DNA of 64,000 bases from Gemmatimonas sp. (GTDB taxonomy: Bacteria; Gemmatimonadota; Gemmatimonadetes; Gemmatimonadales; Gemmatimonadaceae): NCBI GenBank assembly GCA_031414535.1, contig JANNVQ010000054.1, positions 96,001 to 160,000 on the forward strand. The letters run 5' to 3'. The notes under the pieces are model-generated. The model was not told where the DNA came from and did no database searches. It saw only the letters and a program-made list of their open reading frames with translations. Positions 48,089 through 58,159 of the stretch are shown piece by piece (position 1 is the first letter of the stretch; each line of letters starts with the position of its first letter). The translations under genes were made by a program, and so were the position numbers.

Positions 48089-48700
48089 TCAGAAACCCTG
48101 CTTATCGCTCCGCGGGATCTGTTCAGGCTCTACGGCACGGTTGGCCAAGAGCTGCGTCACGAAGCGCTGCCCCTCGCCAACGCGCTCAATTTCAACGGCA
48201 GTAGCTTCGACGGCTCGCTCAATCGAGTCCAGTCGCTGAGTGAGTTCCGACGTCATGGTGAGGGTGACCGCCGATTTTCTCCACAAGCGTCTCGCAAAGG
48301 CGATGACGAGCGGGAACCCAAGTACGAGCGTGATGACAAGTGTGCCGACCATAACCATCTCGAAGCGCTCATTGGACGCATCGGCTACCGACGGCTGCGT
48401 GCTGCCAGGGAGAGCCGCGCTCTGTGCCTCATGCACCTGCGCCGCCGCAAGTTGCTCGCGCAAATCAAGCAGCCGCGCATCGGCAGCTTTGAGGCGCTGC
48501 TCCAAGCCCTTGTAATCCTCTCCAACCACATTTGGCTGGCGCAGTTCCTGCGCAATCTGGCTGCGCTCGTTCTCCGCGTCGTTCAATTGGTCTCGAATGA
48601 GCCGGCGCTGGGTCTGGGCAGCTTCGTACATCTGAGACGCCGTATAGGGCCCATTGGGGGCGGGCGGTGCGACAATCGCGGCGGGCTGTGCTTGAAGCAT
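48089..48700 (-). CDS. Hypothetical coiled-coil single-TM membrane protein
   Basis: Coiled coil, TM, then RLDSIERAVEATAVEIERVGEGQRFVTQLL (recalled as common in Gemmatimonadota). Confidence 0.7.
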   Translation of the reverse strand: MLQAQPAAIVAPPAPNGPYTASQMYEAAQTQRRLIRDQLNDAENERSQIAQELRQPNVVGEDYKGLEQRLKAADARLLDLREQLAAAQVHEAQSAALPGSTQPSVADASNERFEMVMVGTLVITLVLGFPLVIAFARRLWRKSAVTLTMTSELTQRLDSIERAVEATAVEIERVGEGQRFVTQLLANRAVEPEQIPRSDKQGF

Positions 48701-48814
48701 CGGAGTGCTGGGAGAGAGTGGCGAGCCGTGCGGTAAACTGGCTTACGAGCCCGCGTGCCAGCAAGATTCGCCGCTCAAGGCATCAGACAAATGCATTGAC
48801 TGCCCTTCCTCGCG

Positions 48815-51076
48815 CTACTCAGGCTTGCCGTAGCGCCGCTCGATTGCGTCGGCTTCCCCGGCGCGGCCTCTGGCCCGCAACAGATCCGCCAAGGCCTTGG
48901 CCGATTCCAAAACGTTCGCGTTCCCTGCCGGATACGCGCTGGCCCGAAGATCAAGCGCTCGCCGAAGCGCCGCTTCCGCGCCGCGAACATCACCGCGAGC
49001 AAGCATCACGCCTCCCAGAGCGTGCAAGGTCACGGCGAGCGAGGGATCCGTGGCTACGAGCCGCGCCTGCTTAATCGCCAAGGCCTGCCGCAAGAGTGGC
49101 TCCGCTTCGTTGAGTCGTCCAAGCCGCCACTGCGACTCACCAATATTGTTGAGCACGGAGGCCATATTCGGATGATCCGCATCCAGCGTGCGTCTATAGA
49201 TGCCAAGCGTGCGCCCGTAGTGCTGTAGCGCTTCCTCGTAGCGACCGAGCGAGTAGTACACCGCTCCGAGATTGTTCAACACACTCGCAAGTTCGGGGTG
49301 ATCAGGCCCGAGCTTGGCCTCTCGCACTTCAAGCGCGCGCTTGAGGTAGGCCTCGGCGTCCTGCGAACGCCCCTGTGCCAAATAAATAATCCCGAGCCCC
49401 ATCAAGTCGCGGGCAAGACGCGGATGATCTGGTTCTAGCGACGCGTCATCAATGCGCACGACGCGCAAAAACAAGCTCTCCGCCTCGGCAAAGCGGCCTT
49501 GGCGCCAACGCACGAGTCCGATGGCGGCAAGCAGCTGTGCGGACTCCGAGCTATTCACACCATGCTGCTTTTCGCGAATGACCAGCGCTTTGGTGAAGTT
49601 GAGGTCTGCCTCGTCGTACTTCCCGAGTGCCCGCGCCGCTTGGCCCAATGCGTAGTACGTCGTCGCGAGATCAGGAGAGTCCGCGGGCAAGACGGTCTCA
49701 CGGGCGTCACGGGCCGCCTCAAGCTGCGTGACGGCGTCGTTGAAAAGTCCAAGCGAGAGATACGCGTCGCCGATGGTGTGCAGGATGCGTCCGCGCTGCT
49801 CCGGCTGCTCGGCCAGCTCACTGCGGGCCCGCAGGGCGCCGCGCGTCAGTAACTCGCGCGCCGTGATGTCGCCCGCCGGCACGGTGCCGCGCGGAGACTC
49901 ACGGTCAAACACCGCGAAGAGCTCCACGACGAAGTCCGTAACGGAACGCGCCGCCTGCGCCTCGGCCGCCGCACGTTGCTCCGCTTGACGCGCACGCACC
50001 AATCCAACCGTCGCCAAGACGGCGCTCGATACGAGGGCCGCCGCCGCCAGCACGGCGGTGAGGACGCCGGCCCGATGCCGGCGCACGAACTTGCGCACCC
50101 GATACGCCGTCGACGGCGGCCGGGCCGACACGGGCTCATCAGCACGGGCACGCTGCAAGTCGAGCAGCAACGCGTTTGCCGTGGGATAGCGGCGTGCACG
50201 GTCCGGTTCGAGGGCCAGTAACACAATCCAATCCAAATCGCCGTGGAGATCGCGAATCAGGCGATCGGGTTCCGTGCGACGCAGGTGCGAGATTGTGGTG
50301 CGCTCGTATTCCAATGACGCGTAGCGTGCGCTTGGCAAGGGCGTGGTCCATTCACGCGACGCGAGGCGCACGAGGAACGCGTGGTAGCCCATGGCTTCGG
50401 GATCAATCGGCAGCTTCCCGACGAGCAACTCGTACAGAATGACGCCAAGCGAGTAAATGTCGGCGCGCGTATCCACGTCGAGGCCGGCTCCCTCGGCCTG
50501 CTCAGGACTCATGTACGCAGCAGTACCCAGCGCGACACCCACGTTCGTGATGAGCGTATTCTCGGTCAGCGGGCGCCCCACCGCCTTGGCGATACCGAAG
50601 TCAATGACCTTCGGCCGCGGCACACCATCCTCTTCTACCACAAGGATGTTGCTTGGCTTGAGATCACGATGGATCACGCCTTTCTGATGCGCGTGCTGAA
50701 CGGCGTGACAGACCTGGATGAAGAGGTCCACACGCTGTTCAATGGTCAGGCGGTGGAAGTCGCAGTAACTGGTGAGCGGCATGCCGCGCACCAGTTCCAT
50801 CACTACGTAAGGATGGCCTGCGTCCGTCTCGCCGGCGGCGAGCACTTTCGCGATGCCGGCGTGGTCCATCAAGGCTAAAGCCTGGCGCTCAGCCTCGAAG
50901 CGCGCGACGACCTCGCGGGTCGCGAAGCCCGCACGAATGACTTTGATGGCGACGCGACGGCGGACGGATCCCGTCTCGTCTGCTTCGTACACAATCCCCA
51001 TCCCACCCTCGCCAAGGAGGCCGAGGATGCGATAGGGACCGATGCGTTCTGGTAACGTCTCCGGAGGTGCCGTCAA
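48815..51076 (-). CDS. Hanks-type Ser/Thr protein kinase with TM and TPR repeats
   Basis: LGEGGMGIVY, VAIK, HRDLKPSN, DFGIAK, YMSPEQ, DIYSLG; hydrophobic segment; repeats LGPDHPELASVLNNLG. Confidence 0.93.
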   Translation of the reverse strand: MTAPPETLPERIGPYRILGLLGEGGMGIVYEADETGSVRRRVAIKVIRAGFATREVVARFEAERQALALMDHAGIAKVLAAGETDAGHPYVVMELVRGMPLTSYCDFHRLTIEQRVDLFIQVCHAVQHAHQKGVIHRDLKPSNILVVEEDGVPRPKVIDFGIAKAVGRPLTENTLITNVGVALGTAAYMSPEQAEGAGLDVDTRADIYSLGVILYELLVGKLPIDPEAMGYHAFLVRLASREWTTPLPSARYASLEYERTTISHLRRTEPDRLIRDLHGDLDWIVLLALEPDRARRYPTANALLLDLQRARADEPVSARPPSTAYRVRKFVRRHRAGVLTAVLAAAALVSSAVLATVGLVRARQAEQRAAAEAQAARSVTDFVVELFAVFDRESPRGTVPAGDITARELLTRGALRARSELAEQPEQRGRILHTIGDAYLSLGLFNDAVTQLEAARDARETVLPADSPDLATTYYALGQAARALGKYDEADLNFTKALVIREKQHGVNSSESAQLLAAIGLVRWRQGRFAEAESLFLRVVRIDDASLEPDHPRLARDLMGLGIIYLAQGRSQDAEAYLKRALEVREAKLGPDHPELASVLNNLGAVYYSLGRYEEALQHYGRTLGIYRRTLDADHPNMASVLNNIGESQWRLGRLNEAEPLLRQALAIKQARLVATDPSLAVTLHALGGVMLARGDVRGAEAALRRALDLRASAYPAGNANVLESAKALADLLRARGRAGEADAIERRYGKPE

Positions 51077-51082
51077 GAAGCG

Positions 51083-51520
51083 TTAGAGGTCAATGATGAT
51101 GTCTGGATCGATTTCTGCCTTCTCTGGCCCGCGGCACCGCCCCTTGATCTCGTACCGGTAGAGGCCCTCGGCGTCGGGCTTCATATCATTGCCCCTCGCG
51201 GGGTTGCCCGGAGCGCCTTCAACTTCAGACCGCTGAAACAGCCAGCGTCCGAAGAAATTCTTCTTCTTGACTTTGAAGCCCTCGACATCGGACTCGGGCG
51301 TCAGCACCCACTCGATGGTATCGCCGCGCTTCGCCGTCACGGACGAGTCGCTCACCCAATCATCGGTATCGTTGCCGCAGGTCAGGTTCACCGTAACAGT
51401 GTGCGTCTCACTGCGCCTCACGCCCACTTTTGACGAAGCCTCACGGGGCCGTGCTGGCATCGCGGCAAAGCCCACAGCAAAAATCGCGAGGACGAGAATC
51501 AGCGCACGATTTCTGGGCAA
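51083..51520 (-). CDS. Small secreted beta-sandwich protein (cupredoxin-like fold possible)
   Basis: GGAG + TTG start, signal peptide, two Cys, AKRGDTIEW, YRYEI, C-terminal IDPDIIID; stop 6 nt upstream of the kinase start. Confidence 0.6.
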   Translation of the reverse strand: MPRNRALILVLAIFAVGFAAMPARPREASSKVGVRRSETHTVTVNLTCGNDTDDWVSDSSVTAKRGDTIEWVLTPESDVEGFKVKKKNFFGRWLFQRSEVEGAPGNPARGNDMKPDAEGLYRYEIKGRCRGPEKAEIDPDIIIDL

Positions 51521-51568
51521 AGAGGAACTCCGGTCGTTGGGGTTGCTAGAGGATGGGTGTTCGCCCCC

Positions 51569-51584
51569 TGTGACGCAAGTCACT
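51569..51584. promoter_or_regulatory. CRP/FNR-family-like site
   Basis: TGTGA-cgcaag-TCACT (9/10 match to TGTGA-N6-TCACA) between divergent genes. Confidence 0.4.
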
Positions 51585-51666
51585 CTGTTGCGAACTTGTG
51601 GGGGTATCACCACGTTCATCCGTCTCCAGCCTGCCACCACCCGCCTGCCCCCCGGGACATTCCCCA

Positions 51667-52107
51667 ATGCGCTTTCGCTCTAAATTCTTCGCTTTTCTCC
51701 TCGTCCTCGGCGCCGCATCGGCCCCGCTTTCGGCCCAGGGCAGTGCCCCCGCCCCGCAGCCGCAGCCGCCGGCTCCGGAGATCTTCTTCCGCGCCCCCGC
51801 CGACGGTGCCACGGTTGGGCAGACCTTCCCTGTGGTGTTTGGGCTCCGCAACTACGGCGTCGCGCCGGCCGGCCTTCAGTATCCGCGCACCGGGCACTTT
51901 CACGTATTGATCAACGTGGAGCCGCCAGCCGCGGGTGTCGTGATTCCCGCCGACTCCCTGCACCGCCACTACGGCGCCGGCCAAATCGAGACCTCGCTCA
52001 ACTTGGCACCGGGGACCTACACGCTGCGTCTCGTCCTCGCCGATTTCGAACACAAGGTCATCGGCCCGCAGCTGACGTCGCGGCCCATCCGCATCACGGT
52101 TCGCTGA
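51667..52107 (+). CDS. DUF4399 family secreted protein
   Basis: FGLRNYGVAPAG, TGHFHVLIN, HYGAGQIET, LAPGTYTLRL. Confidence 0.88.
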   Translation: MRFRSKFFAFLLVLGAASAPLSAQGSAPAPQPQPPAPEIFFRAPADGATVGQTFPVVFGLRNYGVAPAGLQYPRTGHFHVLINVEPPAAGVVIPADSLHRHYGAGQIETSLNLAPGTYTLRLVLADFEHKVIGPQLTSRPIRITVR

Positions 52108-52114
52108 GCCGCAC

Positions 52115-52519
52115 GTGGCCTTCTATCTCAAGCTCTACGCCGCCTGCACGGCCGTGTTCTTCGCCCTCGACATCACCTGGCTGGGATTCGTCGCCAAGGG
52201 CTTCTACCAGCGCCAGATGGGGCATTTACTCGCCGACGAAACCAAGTGGGGCGCCGCCGTCGCGTTCTATTTGATTTACGTGGCGGCCATCGTTGTGCTC
52301 TGCGTGATTCCCGCCGTGGAGAAGCAGAGCGTGGCGCGTGCACTCGCGCTTGGTGCGGTGTTTGGGCTCGCGGCCTACGCGGCCTTTGACCTCACCTCGC
52401 TGGCGCTACTCAAAGGATTCCCCGGGGGCGTGGTGCCCATCGACCTCGCCTGGGGTGTCGTGCTCACCGCTTCAGTGAGCGCCGCCGGCTATTACGCCGC
52501 AGGTTGGTTGCAGCGGTAG
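52115..52519 (+). CDS. DUF2177 family membrane protein
   Basis: LDITWLG, FYLIY, AYAAFDLTSLA, DLAWG. Confidence 0.88.
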   Translation: MAFYLKLYAACTAVFFALDITWLGFVAKGFYQRQMGHLLADETKWGAAVAFYLIYVAAIVVLCVIPAVEKQSVARALALGAVFGLAAYAAFDLTSLALLKGFPGGVVPIDLAWGVVLTASVSAAGYYAAGWLQR

Positions 52520-52530
52520 GACACTGCGGG

Positions 52531-52661
52531 TCACCACGGAGGCACGGAGACGCAGAGAACCGCAGAGTCTACAATGAGGGGGCTCGCACCGATGATTCGG
52601 AGCGAGCCCCCTTCAAGTACCTCGATGTTGCTGTCTCTGAGCCTCCGTGCCTCCGTGGTGA
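52531..52661. repeat. MITE-like element, family B, copy 1
   Basis: 28-bp terminal inverted repeats TCACCACGGAGGCACGGAG(A/G)C(G/T)CAGAGA (26/28 match); internal hairpin AGGGGGCTCGC...GCGAGCCCCCT. Confidence 0.8.
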
Positions 52662-52670
52662 AAAAGCCGC

Positions 52671-54710
52671 TCAGCTTTCTCGCCGCACCAACGTCAGAAT
52701 GGAATACAGCGCCACCGCTTCGTCATTCTGATTCATGACCTCGACGTCCCACTCCACCACACCCTGCGGAATTCCACCCTCGGGCGTCTCCTTCGCCGTC
52801 TTCTGCTTGACGGTAAGGCGCACGTGAATGGAATCGCCGGGATACACCGGCTTAGTGAAGCGCAGATTCTCGAGCCCGTAGTTCGCAAGCACCGGGCCGA
52901 GTGACGGTTCCACGAACAGCCCCGCCGCCGCCGACACAATGAAGTACCCGTGCGCCACGCGGCCTTCGAAGATGCCATTCGAGCGCGCCTCTTCGTCGTT
53001 CATGTGCGCGTAGAACTTGTCGCCCGAGAGCTCTGCAAACTTCACGATATCATCGAGCGTGATGGTGCGCGTCCCCGTCAGCAGCGTGTCGCCGATATGC
53101 AGCTGGTCGAAAGTCTTGCGGAATGGATGCACCGTATCGGTGGTCTCCGCCGCACCCTTGCTCCACTCGCGCGTGATGGCCGCGAGCACGCTCGGGCTTC
53201 CTTGGATGGCCGTGCGCTGCATGTAGTGCAGCACGCCACGCGCGCCGCCCATTTCCTCACCACCGCCGGCGCGCCCGGGGCCGCCGTGCACGAGGTTCGG
53301 CAACGGAGAACCGTGCCCCGTGCTCTCCTTCGCGCTCGAGCGATCGAGCACCAAGAGGCGTCCGTGATATGGCGCGACGCCGAGCACCACCTTGCGTGCA
53401 ACGTCGGCGTCGGCGGTCACGAGTGACCCGCAGAGCGAGCCGCGCCCGCGGCGCGCCAGCTCGATAGCCTCGTCCAAGTTGCGATACGGCATCACCGTAT
53501 TGACCGGACCGAAGGCCTCAACGTCGTGCGGCTCAGAACGCTCCAGCGGATTCGCGAAGTACATCAACTCCGGCTGATAAAACGCGCCCTTCTCGCGATC
53601 TGCACCCAGCACCGCAAAATCACCGCCGCCCACAACACGCTCCGCCGCCGTGCGAATGCGATCAGCCGCGAGACCCACATCGCGCACCTGCGCATGGCTT
53701 ACCAGCGGACCCATCTTCACGCCTTCCACAGCGGGGTCACCCACGACCGTCTTCTCAAGTCGTGAGCGGATCGCCTTGATGACATCTTCTTCCATTCCAG
53801 CAGGCACAATCGTGCGGCGCACCGCCGTGCACTTCTGCCCGGCCTTCACCGTCATCTCCCGCACCACTTCCTTAATGAAGAGATCGAACTCCTCCGTGCC
53901 GGGCGCCGCATCCGGCCCGAGGATCGCGCAGTTGAGCGAATCTGCTTCCATGTTGAAGCGCACCGCGTGCTCCACCACGGCCTTGGATTCCTTCAGCATG
54001 CGGCCCGTCGCTGCCGAGCCCGTGAAGGCCACAGCGTCCTGCTCGCTCACATGGTCGAGCAGATCACCCGCGCTACCGCAAATCAGCTGCACCGCCCCCG
54101 CTGGCAGGATGCCCGAGGCAATCATCTCCTTGAACACGGCCTCGGTGAGATAGCTCGTCGCCGTGGCCGGCTTCACGATGGCCGGCACACCTGCCAAAAG
54201 CGTGGGCGCGAGCTTCTCCATCATGCCCCACACGGGGAAGTTGAAGGCATTGATATGTACCGCGACGCCTTCAAGCGGTACGCAGATGTGGCGACCTACA
54301 AAGGTGCCGCCCTTGGACAGCGGCTCCGTCGGACCCTCTACATGGAAGGTCTCGTTCGGAAACTCGCGTCGGCCGCGGCTCGCGTATGCAAAGAAAGTGC
54401 CGAAGCCACCGTCAATATCAATCCAGCTGTCAATCTTCGTAGCGCCCGTGGCCGCGCTCACCGTGTAGAACGCATCCTTGCGCTCCATCAGATACTTCGC
54501 CACGGCCTTCAGCATCGCCGCGCGCTGATGGAAGGTCATCGCGCGAAGCTTGGGACCGCCCACGCGCCGCGCATACTCAGTCATCGCCTTGAAATCCAAG
54601 CCGCCGCTCGATGCCTCAGCGACCGGCTCACCCGTCACGGCGTGCAGGAGCAGCGCGGACTTCCCCGTTCCCTCGACCCACTGGCCGAGTGCGTAGTTTT
54701 TGAGCTTCAT
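52671..54710 (-). CDS. paaZ: Bifunctional oxepin-CoA hydrolase/aldehyde dehydrogenase
   Basis: INAFNFPVWG, MEADSLN, KAGQKCTA, EAFGPV, HGGPGRAGGGEE, MaoC domain (GDKFYAH, ANYGLENLRF). Confidence 0.96.
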   Translation of the reverse strand: MKLKNYALGQWVEGTGKSALLLHAVTGEPVAEASSGGLDFKAMTEYARRVGGPKLRAMTFHQRAAMLKAVAKYLMERKDAFYTVSAATGATKIDSWIDIDGGFGTFFAYASRGRREFPNETFHVEGPTEPLSKGGTFVGRHICVPLEGVAVHINAFNFPVWGMMEKLAPTLLAGVPAIVKPATATSYLTEAVFKEMIASGILPAGAVQLICGSAGDLLDHVSEQDAVAFTGSAATGRMLKESKAVVEHAVRFNMEADSLNCAILGPDAAPGTEEFDLFIKEVVREMTVKAGQKCTAVRRTIVPAGMEEDVIKAIRSRLEKTVVGDPAVEGVKMGPLVSHAQVRDVGLAADRIRTAAERVVGGGDFAVLGADREKGAFYQPELMYFANPLERSEPHDVEAFGPVNTVMPYRNLDEAIELARRGRGSLCGSLVTADADVARKVVLGVAPYHGRLLVLDRSSAKESTGHGSPLPNLVHGGPGRAGGGEEMGGARGVLHYMQRTAIQGSPSVLAAITREWSKGAAETTDTVHPFRKTFDQLHIGDTLLTGTRTITLDDIVKFAELSGDKFYAHMNDEEARSNGIFEGRVAHGYFIVSAAAGLFVEPSLGPVLANYGLENLRFTKPVYPGDSIHVRLTVKQKTAKETPEGGIPQGVVEWDVEVMNQNDEAVALYSILTLVRRES

Positions 54711-54738
54711 CGGAATAATCTCGGTGAGCGCAGAGCGG

Positions 54739-55341
54739 CTATTTCCGCTCGCGCGTTTCGTTCCAGGTTTTGAGCACATTGGACTGCGTGGGCCGATTCG
54801 TCGGTATCGCGCGAAGCGGTTCCACTTCGCGCCAACTGCCGCGCATCGCCGCGGGCAGCCGTTGATACAGGGCCGTACCCTCGCTCTTCCACGCGAGCAT
54901 CTCGTCGCTCACGTCCTTCACAACCTTTGCCGGATTGCCAACCACAACCGAGCGCGGCGGAATCTGCATCTCGGCCGGCACGAAGCAGAGCGCCCCCACG
55001 ATGCTGCCCGCTCCCACCACGGCATTGTCCATCACTACCGCGTTCATGCCAATGAGCGCGTTGGCGCCAATGCGCGCACCATGCACCACGGCGCCGTGGC
55101 CGATGTGGGCGCCCGCTTCGAGCACCACGACTACGCCAGGGAACATGTGAATGGTGCAGTTCTCCTGGATGTTGCAACCATCCTCAATCACGATGCCACC
55201 CCAGTCACCACGAATGGCCGCACCCGGGCCAACGTACACATCCTTCCCAATGATGACATTGCCGGTCACCGACGCCTTCGGATGCACGAAGGCGCTCTCG
55301 TGCACCACAGGAATGAAATCATCGAATGCGTAGATGCTCAT
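54739..55341 (-). CDS. paaY: PaaY (gamma-carbonic anhydrase-like hexapeptide protein)
   Basis: PVVHESAFVHP, IRGDWG, HIGHGAVVHG, WKSEGTALYQ; paa context. Confidence 0.9.
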   Translation of the reverse strand: MSIYAFDDFIPVVHESAFVHPKASVTGNVIIGKDVYVGPGAAIRGDWGGIVIEDGCNIQENCTIHMFPGVVVVLEAGAHIGHGAVVHGARIGANALIGMNAVVMDNAVVGAGSIVGALCFVPAEMQIPPRSVVVGNPAKVVKDVSDEMLAWKSEGTALYQRLPAAMRGSWREVEPLRAIPTNRPTQSNVLKTWNETRERK

Positions 55342-55348
55342 CTCAGCG

Positions 55349-56560
55349 TTACACGCGCTCAAGGATCACAGCGTAGCCCTGCCCCACGCCAATGCACATG
55401 GTGCAGAGGGCGTAGCGACCCTTCGTGCGCTGCAGTTGCCGAGCGGCCGTGAGTGCGAGCCGCGCACCACTCATGCCCAACGGATGCCCAAGCGCAATCG
55501 CACCGCCGTTTGGGTTCACTCGCGCGTCGTCATCAGCAATGCCCAGTTCGCGCAAGCAGGCCAAGCCCTGTGCGGCAAACGCTTCGTTGAGCTCAATGAC
55601 ATTCATCTGGTCCAGCGTGAGCCCTGCGCGCTTGAGCGCAAGCCTCGTGGCAGGCACGGGACCCATGCCCATGATGCGCGGCTCCACTCCGGCGGCCGCG
55701 CTCGCCACCACGCGGGCAATCGGCTTCAGCTGATGCGACTTGAGCGCGGCGTCCGAGGCAATGAGCAAGGCCGCCGCACCATCATTTAAGCCGGAGCTAT
55801 TGCCGGCGGTCACCGAGCCCTGACCATCGTGGCGGAACGCCGGCTTCAGCTTGCCGAGCTTCTCCAACGTCGAATCCGGGCGAATGAACTCATCGTGTTG
55901 GAACGGCAACGGATCGCCCTTCTTCTGCGGGATGAGCACCGGGACAATCTCTTCTGCGAGCCGCAGGTCATTGCGCGCCGCCAGCGCCTTTTGCTGCGAG
56001 CGCAGCGCAAACGCATCCTGATCCGCCCGGCTGATGTGATAGCGAGCCGCCACATTCTCGGCCGTCTCGCCCATCGAGTCCGTGCCGTGGGCCTGCTTCA
56101 TCGCGGGATTCACGAAGCGCCAGCCGAGCGCGGTATCAAACAGCTGCATATCGCGGCCAAATGGCTGCGCACTCTTGCTGAGCACATAGGGTGCCCGTGT
56201 CATGCTCTCCACGCCGCCCGCCACGTAGAGGTCGCCCTCGCCGCTTTTGATGGCACGAGTGGCATTGGCCACGGCGCTCAATCCAGACGCGCAGAGACGG
56301 TTCACCGTCTCGCCTGGTACGGTCTGCGGCACGCCCGCGAGCAGGAGCGCCATACGCGACACATTGCGATTGTCCTCGCCCGCTTGATTGGCGCAACCGA
56401 GGATAACGTCCACGATGGCCGCCGGATCGAGTCCCGGATGACGGCGCATCAGTTCTTTGATAGCGTGGGCGCCGAGATCGTCGGGGCGCACGGTGCTGAG
56501 CGAACCACCGAGGTTTCCAATCGGTGTGCGAACGCCGTCTACAATGAAGGCATCAGTCAT
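55349..56560 (-). CDS. paaJ: 3-oxoadipyl-CoA/3-oxo-5,6-dehydrosuberyl-CoA thiolase
   Basis: NQAGEDNRNV, NRLCASG, NEAFA, GHPLGMSG, CIGVGQG. Confidence 0.93.
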   Translation of the reverse strand: MTDAFIVDGVRTPIGNLGGSLSTVRPDDLGAHAIKELMRRHPGLDPAAIVDVILGCANQAGEDNRNVSRMALLLAGVPQTVPGETVNRLCASGLSAVANATRAIKSGEGDLYVAGGVESMTRAPYVLSKSAQPFGRDMQLFDTALGWRFVNPAMKQAHGTDSMGETAENVAARYHISRADQDAFALRSQQKALAARNDLRLAEEIVPVLIPQKKGDPLPFQHDEFIRPDSTLEKLGKLKPAFRHDGQGSVTAGNSSGLNDGAAALLIASDAALKSHQLKPIARVVASAAAGVEPRIMGMGPVPATRLALKRAGLTLDQMNVIELNEAFAAQGLACLRELGIADDDARVNPNGGAIALGHPLGMSGARLALTAARQLQRTKGRYALCTMCIGVGQGYAVILERV

Positions 56561-56964
56561 CGGTGTGGCTTTTGGGTGCGGTACACGGTGCCGCGGAAAT
56601 GTCCCACGGTCACCCCGTCCTGGTTGGTTACGGTCACTCTGGCAAATCCCACTTTGCGGGACGTCGTTTCCTGCTCACCAACGGCCGTGAGCACGTCACC
56701 GGGCTTCACGGCGGCCGGATAACTGATGGTGCAGTCGAGCGCGACGCTAATCTCGCCGCTGGCGTTGGTGCAGAACGCGTGTGCGGTATCGGCGAACGAG
56801 AACACGATGCCACCATGCGCCGTTCCGAAGCCATTCGTCATCTCCTCGCGCACCGTCATCTGCAGTTCGCAGTAGCCCTCGCGCACAACGAGCACCTTGA
56901 CGCCCAGCCACTGCGAGAACGCATCCTGCGCGAACATCTTCGCGATGACTTCGTTGGCGCTCAC
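56557..56964 (-). CDS. paaI: Phenylacetyl-CoA thioesterase (hotdog fold)
   Basis: DAFSQWLG, NGFGTAHGGIVFSFADT; GTGA overlap with paaH. Confidence 0.9.
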   Translation of the reverse strand: MSANEVIAKMFAQDAFSQWLGVKVLVVREGYCELQMTVREEMTNGFGTAHGGIVFSFADTAHAFCTNASGEISVALDCTISYPAAVKPGDVLTAVGEQETTSRKVGFARVTVTNQDGVTVGHFRGTVYRTQKPHR

Positions 56965-58157
56965 GGCAGCAACTTCCCACCGCTCTTCGCCACACGGCGC
57001 AGCAGCGGACTCGGGCGATAACGATCCTCCCCGTACTCCTCTTGCAGCGACTCCAGCGTGGCTAACACACCCGCCGCGCCAATGGCGTCGCCCCATTCAA
57101 GCAGGCCGCGGGGATAGTTCACGCCCTTAGTCATCGCGGTTTCGATGTCTGCGGGTGATGCCACGCGCAGTTGCACCGCGTCCACCGCTTCATTGATCAG
57201 CATCGCCAACACGCGGTCGCGCACGGCACGCCCGAGCTGTTCGTCCTCAGTTGGCTTTGGCGCCACGGCGCCATCACGATAGTCGTAGTAGCCGCGCTTG
57301 GCCTTCCGCCCCAGCCACGCGGACTCCACCAAGCGCCGCTGTGTCAGCGCAGGCCGATAGCGTGGGTCAAAGTACATCGCCTCAAACACGGATTTGGTGA
57401 CAGCATAGTTCACGTCGTTGCCAATCAAGTCCATCAGTTCGAACGGACCCATCTTAAAGCCGCCCAGCGTGCGCATCGCCCAGTCGATGGTCGGCACATC
57501 CGCGATGCCTTCCTCGAGAATCCGCAGCGACTCGCCGTAGTACGGTCGCGCGATGCGATTCACGATGAAGCCCGGCGTGTCCGACGCCACGACCGGCAGC
57601 TTGCCCCAGCGCTCGATGAGCGCGCGGCACTGCGCGAGCACGTCCGGATCGGTGGCGAGCGCGGGAATCACTTCCACCAAGGCCATCACGGGCGCGGGGT
57701 TGAAGAAATGGATGCCAACCACGCGTTCACTCTTTTCACAACCACCGGCGATGGCGGCGATGCTCAAAGAAGATGTATTCGACGCGAGCACCGCGTCGGC
57801 CGCCACAACGGACTCGAGCGCGCGAAACAGGCCCTGCTTTACGCCCAAGTCTTCGACGATGGCTTCAATTACGAGCCCACAACTTGCAAAGGCTTCGAGG
57901 TCGCTTGGCGAGACGCCAGCCACGTACGTGATACGCGAGAGCACGGCGTCGGCCTCAGACTGCGTGAGGCGCGCCTTCTCGACTTCGCGCGCCAAGGCCT
58001 TCTCGTGTCCGGCCTTTGCGCTCTTCACCGCTCCCGCAGAAGCGTCCGCGAGCACCGTCGCGTGCCCACGCATGGCGGCCACCTGCGCAATGCCGGCTCC
58101 CATCGTCCCCGCTCCCACCACACCGATGCGCGTCTGGGCGCCGAGTACGCGCGCCAT
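56961..58157 (-). CDS. paaH: 3-hydroxyacyl-CoA dehydrogenase
   Basis: GAGTMGAGIA, EAIVE, SNTSSLS, HFFNPAP, PGFIVNR, GVNYPRG. Confidence 0.92.
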   Translation of the reverse strand: MARVLGAQTRIGVVGAGTMGAGIAQVAAMRGHATVLADASAGAVKSAKAGHEKALAREVEKARLTQSEADAVLSRITYVAGVSPSDLEAFASCGLVIEAIVEDLGVKQGLFRALESVVAADAVLASNTSSLSIAAIAGGCEKSERVVGIHFFNPAPVMALVEVIPALATDPDVLAQCRALIERWGKLPVVASDTPGFIVNRIARPYYGESLRILEEGIADVPTIDWAMRTLGGFKMGPFELMDLIGNDVNYAVTKSVFEAMYFDPRYRPALTQRRLVESAWLGRKAKRGYYDYRDGAVAPKPTEDEQLGRAVRDRVLAMLINEAVDAVQLRVASPADIETAMTKGVNYPRGLLEWGDAIGAAGVLATLESLQEEYGEDRYRPSPLLRRVAKSGGKLLP

Positions 58158-58159
58158 CG

